Positions 1-5,919 of a DNA stretch of 11,502 nucleotides are shown one piece after another. The notes beneath the pieces are model-generated. The model had not been told where the DNA came from. It searched no databases and was given only the letters and a program-made list of their open reading frames with translations. The position numbers were made by a program, and so were the translations under genes. Where the stretch lies: positions 1-11,502 of the forward strand of contig JBGPXN010000149.1 of NCBI GenBank assembly GCA_041492755.1, read 5' to 3'. Origin of the DNA: Candidatus Methylomirabilia bacterium (GTDB lineage: Bacteria > Methylomirabilota > Methylomirabilia > Rokubacteriales > CSP1-6). Within the stretch, counting starts at the first letter, position 1. Each line of letters begins with the position of its first letter.

Positions 1-859
1 GCGGCAGCAGGCGGAGCGGCTCGAAGCTGCCCGCGCGCTCGCTGTCCCACTCCATGAAATAGCCGTCGACGCTGGTCGAGAACATCGCCTCCACGACCTC
101 GTCGGCGTAGCCGCCGGCGGCGAACCAGGTGCTCCGGAAGTTGCCGCGGCAGGTGTGCATGGTGACCGCCATACCGGCCGGCCGGGCCGCGAGCGCCTGG
201 TTGATCGCGCTCGCATACGCGCGAGGGAGCGCCTCCGGGTCATCGCCGTTGGCGCGGAAGTTCTCCCGCACCTTGGGGTCGCAGAGGTAGGAGAAGCTGA
301 CGTCGTCGAGTTGCAGGTAGGTGCAGCCGGCGGCGGCGATGTGGGCGATCGCCTGGCGATACGCGCCGCCCGCGTCGGCCCAGAACTCGGCGAGGTCGGG
401 GTAGTGCTGGCGCGAGATCGCGTTCCGGCCGCCGCGCATGTGCAGCATCGCCGGGGCGGGAATCGTCAGCTTGGGCACCGCGTTCGCGACCGACCGCAGA
501 TACGCGAAGGGCTCGACCATGATCGGCTTCGTACAGCGGACTTTGCCGGTGATGGTCGCCATCGGCGGCACGTCCTGGGCCTGGAACGTCATGCCGGCGG
601 CGGCGGTCATTTCCACGCCCTCGAGCTGCCGGAGGAAGTCGAGGTGCCAGAAGTCGCGCCGGTACTCGCCGTCGGTCACGAGCCGCAGGCCGAGCGACTC
701 CTGCTTCGCCACCGCGGCGCGGATGCACCGATCCTCGACCTCCTTCAGCTGGGCGGCGGGCATGGTGCCAGCCCTGGCCTGGGCGCGCGCCTCGCGCAGC
801 TCGGCCGGCCGCAGAAGGCTCCCGACGTGATCGGCGCGAAACGGAGGTGTCGTGGTCAT
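1..859 (-). CDS. Cobalamin-independent methionine synthase II / MetE catalytic-domain-only family protein (Zn-thiol methyl/alkyltransferase); 3' end beyond the window
   Basis: Manual translation from ATG at 859 (SD AGGAGG at 873-868) gives MTTTPPFRADHVGSLLRP...VTDGEYRRDFWHLDF...GCTYLQLDD...MHTCRGNFRSTW...DGYFMEWDSERAGSFEPLR. HVGSLLRP, TDGExRR, QLDD, the HxC Zn ligands and the downstream Glu are hallmarks of this family. It lacks the N-terminal folate-binding half of full-length MetE. Confidence 0.93.
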   Translation of the reverse strand, partial: MTTTPPFRADHVGSLLRPAELREARAQARAGTMPAAQLKEVEDRCIRAAVAKQESLGLRLVTDGEYRRDFWHLDFLRQLEGVEMTAAAGMTFQAQDVPPMATITGKVRCTKPIMVEPFAYLRSVANAVPKLTIPAPAMLHMRGGRNAISRQHYPDLAEFWADAGGAYRQAIAHIAAAGCTYLQLDDVSFSYLCDPKVRENFRANGDDPEALPRAYASAINQALAARPAGMAVTMHTCRGNFRSTWFAAGGYADEVVEAMFSTSVDGYFMEWDSERAGSFEPLRLLP

Positions 860-873
860 GCTGGTCTCCTCCT

Positions 874-952
874 GAGCGACACGAACGTTTGTATCGCCCG
901 GGCTCTGGCCGTCGATTGTCCCCGGCAAACGGTCATTCGACAACGCCAGAGC
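874..952 (-). promoter_or_regulatory. Structured 5' leader of the MetE-like gene (two hairpins plus an alternative pairing); class unknown
   Basis: Stem 902-909/945-952 (GCTCTGGC/GCCAGAGC) is extended by 911-915/937-941. A second hairpin at 874-899 (mRNA GGGCGAUAC/GUGUCGCUC, two G-U pairs that only work on the minus strand) ends immediately before the SD. Confidence 0.4.
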
Positions 953-959
953 GCAGACT

Positions 960-1115
960 ACCGGCCGGACACGGCGCCCTACTTCGACGAGCTCGCGCCA
1001 TGGGTTCGTCGTCGACGCCTTCAAGGAGCCCATGCCTTCGGAGGAGCAAGTCGAGCGACACCCGGGTCACAGGCCTCGTATGAAGTCGAGAGTCCCACGA
1101 CCGAGCGCGTGGTAG
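960..1115 (+). pseudogene. Possible frameshifted remnant of the C-terminus of a class I SAM-dependent methyltransferase-like gene
   Basis: Frame of 980 reads ...YFDELA, then after a shift near 995-999 the frame of 999 reads HGFVVDAFKEPMPSEEQVERHP...stop 1113-1115. Joined, this resembles the Y-x-x-x-L-x-x-x-GFxxxxxxEPxP C-terminal pattern of small methyltransferases. Pattern recognition only. Confidence 0.3.
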
Positions 1116-1131
1116 CGAGCGAGTGTATCGC

Positions 1132-1160
1132 TTGCGGCTCGACGTCGCTTTGGGTACTCT
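1132..1160 (+). promoter_or_regulatory. Putative sigma70-type promoter for the tusA-dsrE-binding protein operon
   Basis: TTGCGG (1132-1137), 17-nt spacer, TACTCT (1155-1160). Confidence 0.4.
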
Positions 1161-1170
1161 TGCGCGCGCC

Positions 1171-1257
1171 ATGCGGACCGTCCGTGCGCGCTCGATGTCG
1201 CTCCGCATCAACGAGCAGATCTACGCGCGCGATGGGCAGGTCGGGGGAGCGTCGTGA
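1171..1257 (+). CDS. Possible 28-aa upstream peptide (MRTVRARSMSLRINEQIYARDGQVGGAS) coupled to the TusA-family gene
   Basis: ATG lies 10 nt after the putative -10. Its TGA (1255-1257) overlaps the TusA GTG start (GTGA overlap). No homology recognised. Confidence 0.2.
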   Translation: MRTVRARSMSLRINEQIYARDGQVGGAS

Positions 1258-1511
1258 GCGAGGCGCCCGCCGATCGGAGCGTCAACGTGCCGGCCGCCGA
1301 CGCGGAGTGGGATGCCGGCGATCTCGGGTGCGGCGATCTCGTGCTGCACCTCTTCCAACGCATGCAGCAGATGCGACCGGGCGCGGTGCTGCGCCTGGTC
1401 GCCCGCGACCCCGGCGCGCCCGCCGATCTGCCGGCGTGGTGCCGGCTCACCGGCCACGTGTTGCTGGCCGCCGAACCTCCCGTGTACGTCATTCGCCGAA
1501 AGGAGCGCTGA
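1254..1511 (+). CDS. Sulfurtransferase TusA/SirA-family sulfur carrier protein
   Basis: 85 aa. WDAGDLGC26GDL aligns with the TusA LDxxGLxCPxP motif, followed by PGAVLRLVARDPGAPADLPAWC63RLTGH and YVIRRK, the typical TusA C-terminal pattern. GGGGGAG SD before GTG. Confidence 0.9.
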   Translation: MSEAPADRSVNVPAADAEWDAGDLGCGDLVLHLFQRMQQMRPGAVLRLVARDPGAPADLPAWCRLTGHVLLAAEPPVYVIRRKER

Positions 1512-1514
1512 GTC

Positions 1515-1877
1515 ATGGCCAACAAGTTCTGTGTCAGCCTTACCCACGCCAAGGACAATACCGACAAGGCCACCGTCGGCTTCGTGGTGGCCAACGCCGC
1601 CGTTGGCTCCGGCAAGGAGACGCTCGTGTTCCTCAGCGTCGAGGGCGTGCGCCTTGCCCAGAAGGGATTCGCCGACGGGATCCACGAGGAGGGCTTCGCC
1701 CCGCTGCGCGAGCTGATGGACAACTTCGCGAAGGCGGGCGGCACCATGTACGTGTGCTCGCCGTGCTTCAAGAAGCGCAAGCTCGACGAGAACAACCTGG
1801 TCGCGGGCGCGAGCATCGTGGGCGGGGCGAAGCTCGTCGAGTTCCTGTCCGACGGCAGCCCCTGCGTGAGCTACTAG
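1515..1877 (+). CDS. DsrE/DsrF-like family protein (sulfur relay / peroxiredoxin-like)
   Basis: 120 aa with VFLSVEGV, PLRELMDNF and YVC81SPC84FKKR, the DsrE-fold pattern with its conserved Cys. SD AAGGAG at 1500-1505. Confidence 0.9.
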   Translation: MANKFCVSLTHAKDNTDKATVGFVVANAAVGSGKETLVFLSVEGVRLAQKGFADGIHEEGFAPLRELMDNFAKAGGTMYVCSPCFKKRKLDENNLVAGASIVGGAKLVEFLSDGSPCVSY

Positions 1878-1891
1878 CCGAGGAGGGTGTC

Positions 1892-2782
1892 GTGAGCAAC
1901 GAGATCAGCATTCAGTTCACACGCTTCTCGGCGTTCTACTCGCCGCTGATCGCCACCATGGCGGGCGGCTTTCTGAAGGAGGAGGGGCTCCAGCCGAAGC
2001 ACTCCAACGCTCCGGCCGGGAAGTCGGCGATCGAGGGGCTGCTCGACGGGACGGTGCACGTCTGCCAGTCGGCGCCGTCGCAGGCCTTCGGGCCATTGGA
2101 GAAAGGGCAAGCGCCGCCCGCCGTTCACTTCGCGCAGATCAACGAGAAGGACGGCTTCTTCCTCACCGGGCGCACGGCCGATCCGCACTTCACGTGGGAC
2201 AAGCTGCAGGGCCGGAACGTGCTGGTCGACCACGGCGGCCAACCGCTGGCCATGTTCAAGTACGCGTGTCACCGCCGCGGTCTGCCCTTCTCGGCCATCA
2301 ACGCCATCGACGTGCCGAGCGGGCAGATGGACCAGGCGTTCCGGAAGGGCCAGGGTGACTACATCCACCAGCAGGGCCCGGCGCCCCAGCAGCTCGAGCA
2401 CGATCGGGTCGGCCACGTCGTGGCCTCGGTCGGTGAGGCGATCGGCCCGTGCGCTTTCTCGAGCCTCGCCGCGACGCGCGAGTGGCTGAAGACGGACATG
2501 GCCCAGCGGTTCATGCGTGCCTACCGCAAGGCGCGCGCGTGGCTGCTGGCCACGCCGGCGGCGAAGGTCGCCGAGGCGGAGGCGCCGTTCTTCCCCGAGA
2601 TCGATCGGGTCGTGCTCACCGCGACGATCGGCTACTACCAGAAGCTGGGCTGCTGGACGCCGCACGTCGAGATCACGCGGCCGGCCTTCGAGACGACGCT
2701 GGACGTCTTCGAGCACTCGAAGCTGATCACCAGGCGGCACCGGTACGAGGACGTGGTCGCGGCGCCGCCGGCCGGCGCGTGA
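1892..2782 (+). CDS. NMT1/THI5/SsuA-like type 2 periplasmic-binding-fold protein (ABC substrate-binding family), no signal peptide
   Basis: C-terminal 296 aa of the 155..2782 ORF. GTG at 1892 follows SD AGGAGG (1881-1886). Motifs FYSPL...GGFLKEEGL, KDGFFLTGR, FTWDKLQG, AFRKGQGDY, QRFMRAYRKARAW are typical of this family. Confidence 0.85.
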   Translation: MSNEISIQFTRFSAFYSPLIATMAGGFLKEEGLQPKHSNAPAGKSAIEGLLDGTVHVCQSAPSQAFGPLEKGQAPPAVHFAQINEKDGFFLTGRTADPHFTWDKLQGRNVLVDHGGQPLAMFKYACHRRGLPFSAINAIDVPSGQMDQAFRKGQGDYIHQQGPAPQQLEHDRVGHVVASVGEAIGPCAFSSLAATREWLKTDMAQRFMRAYRKARAWLLATPAAKVAEAEAPFFPEIDRVVLTATIGYYQKLGCWTPHVEITRPAFETTLDVFEHSKLITRRHRYEDVVAAPPAGA

Positions 2783-2817
2783 AGATCAGCGCGCGCCGAG
2801 TCAGCGTGGGGGCGTGA

Positions 2818-3279
2818 TCAGCGGCCGGACTGGGCGGCCTTGTCGAACAGGGGCGCGTACGTTCCGTAGCCGGCCTCGACGAGCTTTGCCGCCGGAATGA
2901 ACCGGAGCGCCGCCGAGTTGATGCAGTAGCGGAGCCCGGTCGGGGCGGGCCCGTCGTCGAAGAGGTGCCCGAGGTGCGAGTCGCCCTGGGCCGATCGCAC
3001 CTCGACGCGGCGCATCCCGTGCGCGTCGTCGGTGAGCTCCGTCACGTTGGCCTTCTCCAGCGGCCGGATGAAGCTTGGCCAGCCGGTGTGGGATTCGAAC
3101 TTGTCGGTCGACGCGAAGAGCGGCTCGCCCGACACGACGTCGACGTAGATGCCGGGTTCGTGGTGGTTGCAGAACTCGTTTCCGAACGGCGGCTCGGTGT
3201 CGCTGCACTGGGTGACGGTGTACTGCCGCGGGGTGAGCCTGGCTCTCAGCTCGGCGTCGGTCGGCTTGTTGGTGGCCAT
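2818..3279 (-). CDS. msrB: Peptide-methionine (R)-S-oxide reductase MsrB, Zn-free type
   Basis: TEPPF, GEPLF, KFES-x-[16 protein letters not shown] and catalytic RYC119INSAAL. The Zn CxxC sites are replaced by DVVS and SAQG. Confidence 0.97.
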   Translation of the reverse strand: MATNKPTDAELRARLTPRQYTVTQCSDTEPPFGNEFCNHHEPGIYVDVVSGEPLFASTDKFESHTGWPSFIRPLEKANVTELTDDAHGMRRVEVRSAQGDSHLGHLFDDGPAPTGLRYCINSAALRFIPAAKLVEAGYGTYAPLFDKAAQSGR

Positions 3280-3338
3280 GCCCCAGAGTTTACCCGCTGG
3301 GGCCGGGATCGTGTAGCTACAATGGCGCCCCTGAGCCC
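3280..3338. promoter_or_regulatory. Compact divergent promoter region (msrB / enolase-superfamily gene)
   Basis: Minus-strand TAAACT (3292-3287) lies 7 nt before the msrB ATG. Plus-strand TACAAT (3318-3323) lies 15 nt before ATG 3339. Neither gene has a clear SD. Confidence 0.5.
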
Positions 3339-4505
3339 ATGACGATCACCACCGTCCGCGGCACCTGGGTGCACGTGCCGATCCCATACGACAAGCAGCA
3401 CGTGAGCGACTTCGGCCGCATCGCATCGTTCGACTCCGTGGTGGTGAAGATCGAGACGGACGAGGGGCTCGTCGGCTGGGGCGAAGCGAAGGCCGGCGTC
3501 GGCAGTGCCGCCTCAGCGTACGGTCTGGCCGCCATCATCAACCAGGACTACGCGCCGCTGCTCGTCGGCCAGGACCCGCGCGACATCAGTCGGCTCTGGG
3601 ACGTGATGTACAACACGCCGCGCGAGGGCTACGCCCTCGATCGCGGCCACGTGCTGCCGCAGCTCGGGCGCCGCGGGCTGTCGATCTCGGCGATCGCCGG
3701 TGTGGACATCGCGCTCTGGGACATTCTCGGCAAGTCATTGAACGCGCCGGTCTGGCGTCTGCTCGGCGGCCGCCGCGCCGAGCGCATGCCGGCGTACGCA
3801 TCGGGCGGCTGGGCCGACGAAGCGCGTATCGGTGAGCAGCTTCTGGGCTATGTAGAAAAGAGCGGCTTCCGCGCGGTCAAGATGCGCGTCGGGGTGATGG
3901 ACGGTGAGCCGCACAAGTCGGCCGCCCGCGTACGCGCCGCGCGCAAGGCGCTGGGGCCGGACGTGAAGCTGATGGCCGACGCCCACGGCACGTGGACCGT
4001 CTCGGAGGCCAAGGCGTTCTGCCGGATGGTGGAGGACCAGGACGTCTACTGGGTCGAGGAGCCGGTGACGGCGGACGACAAGGCCGGGCTCGCCGAGGTG
4101 CGCCGCGCGTCGGCGGTGCCGATCTCCACCGGCGAGAGCGAGTTCACCCGCCACGACTTCCGCGAGATCGCCGAGCTGCGGGGCGCGGACATCCTGCAAC
4201 CGGATCTGGCGATCGCGGGCGGCATCACCGAGGGCGTGCGCATCGGCGCGATCGCCTCCGCCTTCAACCTGCGACTGGCGCCGCACCTCTGGTCCGGCGC
4301 GCCGGCATTCGCGGCCGGCGTGGCGCTGGCCGCGAGTCAGAGCGCGGGATTCATCCTCGAATACTCGCTCGGCGCCAACCCGCTGCTGCACGAGCTGGTC
4401 CACGAGAAGTTCCCGGTGGTGGACGGCCAGATCGAGATCCCGGACCGCCCGGGCCTCGGCATCACTGTCGACGAGGACTTCGTCCGCCGCTACACGCGGG
4501 AGTAG
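3339..4505 (+). CDS. Mandelate racemase / muconate lactonizing enzyme family protein (enolase superfamily, MR subgroup; probable acid-sugar dehydratase or isomerase)
   Basis: [40 protein letters not shown], metal ligands in MADAH / VEEP / TGE, and the QPD...APH His-Asp dyad. Confidence 0.95.
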   Translation: MTITTVRGTWVHVPIPYDKQHVSDFGRIASFDSVVVKIETDEGLVGWGEAKAGVGSAASAYGLAAIINQDYAPLLVGQDPRDISRLWDVMYNTPREGYALDRGHVLPQLGRRGLSISAIAGVDIALWDILGKSLNAPVWRLLGGRRAERMPAYASGGWADEARIGEQLLGYVEKSGFRAVKMRVGVMDGEPHKSAARVRAARKALGPDVKLMADAHGTWTVSEAKAFCRMVEDQDVYWVEEPVTADDKAGLAEVRRASAVPISTGESEFTRHDFREIAELRGADILQPDLAIAGGITEGVRIGAIASAFNLRLAPHLWSGAPAFAAGVALAASQSAGFILEYSLGANPLLHELVHEKFPVVDGQIEIPDRPGLGITVDEDFVRRYTRE

Positions 4506-4530
4506 ACTGCGCGCTGCATGACCCTCGCCG

Positions 4531-4574
4531 CGGGGCGGTACCGCGCGCGGCGCGCGGTTCGAATCGCCGCCCCG
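4531..4574 (+). other. GC-rich compound hairpin downstream of the enolase-family gene (possible terminator or stabiliser; no U tract)
   Basis: Outer stem CGGGGCGG 4531-4538 / CCGCCCCG 4567-4574; inner stem ACCGCGCG 4540-4547 / CGCGCGGT 4551-4558. Confidence 0.35.
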
Positions 4575-4672
4575 AAGGTCTCCAGGTCGCCCAACGCGAT
4601 CGTCTACGGCTCACACCTGGCGCCGGCCCAGACCGACGTACACGCGCCCGTGATCGGTGGCACGGCTCAGCG

Positions 4673-4709
4673 CCATGAAAATCGAAACCAAGGATTTCGA
4701 TTTTCATGG
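4673..4709. repeat. Perfect 15-bp AT-rich inverted repeat with 7-nt spacer; probable operator or protein-binding site
   Basis: CCATGAAAATCGAAA (4673-4687), CCAAGGA, TTTCGATTTTCATGG (4695-4709). The arms are exact reverse complements, and the repeat ends 12 nt before the ATPase start. Confidence 0.85.
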
Positions 4710-4715
4710 TAGTGT
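4707..4715 (+). promoter_or_regulatory. Putative extended -10 element for a leaderless ATPase transcript
   Basis: TG-G-TAGTGT (4707-4715), 6 nt before GTG 4722. The GGAG at 4717-4720 is too close to the start to act as an SD. Confidence 0.45.
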
Positions 4716-4721
4716 CGGAGC

Positions 4722-5894
4722 GTGGTCGACAGGTCCCGATGGCGCGCGGAGATCCGCGCCGCGCTGAGGCGCAGCCGGGTCGTCGGCCTCGTGGGACCAC
4801 GGCAAGCGGGCAAGACGACGCTCGCTCGCCAGATCGTCTCGCCGGACTCGCCAGCGTACTTCGACTTGGAGGATTCCCGAAGTCTTGCCCGTCTGGCCGA
4901 GCCCCTGACCGCGCTTACGCCCCTGCGGGGCGTGATCGTCATCGACGAGATCCAGCGGCGGCCCGATCTCTTCCCCGTGCTGCGCGTCCTCGCCGACCGG
5001 CGCCCGCTTCCGGCACGCTTCCTGATACTTGGAAGCGCGAGCCCTGAGCTGCTGAGGCAGTCGTCGGAGACGCTGGCCGGAAGGATCGAGATCGTTACCA
5101 TGACGGGGTTCGGCCTGGGCGAGCTCGGCCCGGCAACGCTGCGTCGGCTGTGGCGGCGGGGCGGCTTCCCGCCCGCGTATCTTGCCCGATCGGAGCAGGC
5201 GAGTTACATCTGGCGCCAGCAGTTCGCCCACACATATCTCGAACGCGACCTGCCGCAGCTCGGCATCACCATCCCCGCCACCACGATGCTTCGCTTCTGG
5301 ACGATGCTGGCTCACTATCACGGTGGTATCTGGAACGCGGCCGAGGCGGCCCGCTCGCTGGGCGTGACCGAGCCCACCGCACGGCGCTACCTGGATATTC
5401 TCTCCGGTCTGTTCCTGGTCCGGCAGCTCCAGCCGTGGCACGAGAACCTGAAGAAGCGGCAGGTGAAGGCGCCCAAGGTCTACCTGCGGGACAGCGGACT
5501 GCTGCATGCTCTGCTCGGTCTCGCGGGAGACCGAGAAATCAGCTCCCATCCCAAGGTCGGGGCGTCGTGGGAGGGCTATGCCATCGAGGAGACCATCAAG
5601 GCGGTCCGTCCCGAAGCCGTACACTTCTGGGCCACCCATACGGGCGCGGAGTTGGACTTGCTGCTCATGAAGGACGGGCGGCGATACGGGGTGGAGGTAA
5701 AGTTTCAGGACGCGCCGCGGGTGACACCCTCCATGCGGATCGCCCTCTCGGACCTCCGGCTGCAGCACCTCACCGTCTTTTATCCGGGCGACCAGCGATA
5801 CGAGCTCGATCGCCGCGTGACCGTTGTGCCGCTCGCCGAACTGGCAACCGACCCCCACGTCGTCACATCCCGCAGAACGGCGCACGGGGTATGA
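4722..5894 (+). CDS. AAA+ ATPase of AAA_14 + DUF4143 type (ATPase, winged HTH, PD-(D/E)XK-like nuclease domain)
   Basis: Walker A GPRQAGKTT, Walker B VIVIDEIQ, LILGSAS, SETLAGR, RGGFP, YLERDL, HTH-like NAAEAARSLGVTEPTARRYLDIL, KRQVKAPKVYLRDSGL, and the C-terminal ELDLL...GVEVK nuclease-like motif. Confidence 0.93.
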   Translation: MVDRSRWRAEIRAALRRSRVVGLVGPRQAGKTTLARQIVSPDSPAYFDLEDSRSLARLAEPLTALTPLRGVIVIDEIQRRPDLFPVLRVLADRRPLPARFLILGSASPELLRQSSETLAGRIEIVTMTGFGLGELGPATLRRLWRRGGFPPAYLARSEQASYIWRQQFAHTYLERDLPQLGITIPATTMLRFWTMLAHYHGGIWNAAEAARSLGVTEPTARRYLDILSGLFLVRQLQPWHENLKKRQVKAPKVYLRDSGLLHALLGLAGDREISSHPKVGASWEGYAIEETIKAVRPEAVHFWATHTGAELDLLLMKDGRRYGVEVKFQDAPRVTPSMRIALSDLRLQHLTVFYPGDQRYELDRRVTVVPLAELATDPHVVTSRRTAHGV

Positions 5895-5919
5895 TGGCCG
5901 CTTCCGAGAAGTGTCTCGC

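Noticed and set aside
893..925. Minus-strand GGGGACAA...AGCCCGGG, like the 3' end of a ykkC/guanidine-I riboswitch
   Set aside because: The two parts are separated by an extra 11 nt and the conserved 5' CUAGGGUUCCG element is absent.
912..968. Plus-strand TGTCCCCGGCAAACGGTCA...GCCAGAG...TACCGGCC, loosely like a cobalamin riboswitch
   Set aside because: Wrong strand for the MetE-like gene, no GGGAA/GGTG core, and the B12 box is not properly matched.
155..1891. N-terminal about 580 aa of the 875-aa ORF 155..2782, suggesting a giant fusion protein
   Set aside because: It is the antisense shadow of the MetE-like gene plus off-frame reading of tusA and dsrE (Arg/Gly-rich, no motifs). The real gene begins at GTG 1892 behind a strong SD.
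2783..2817. Bidirectional terminator between the binding-fold gene and msrB
   Set aside because: Only a weak interrupted GATCA..TGATC pairing and no U tract on either strand.
4551..4584. Intact tRNA gene suggested by GGTTCGAATC...CCA
   Set aside because: No cloverleaf can be built and the T-stem and acceptor spacing are wrong. Kept only as a weak scar hypothesis.
4506..5919. The ATPase region as an IS or transposon
   Set aside because: No transposase or integrase, no second terminal repeat and no target-site duplication found. The inverted repeat is a single local palindrome.
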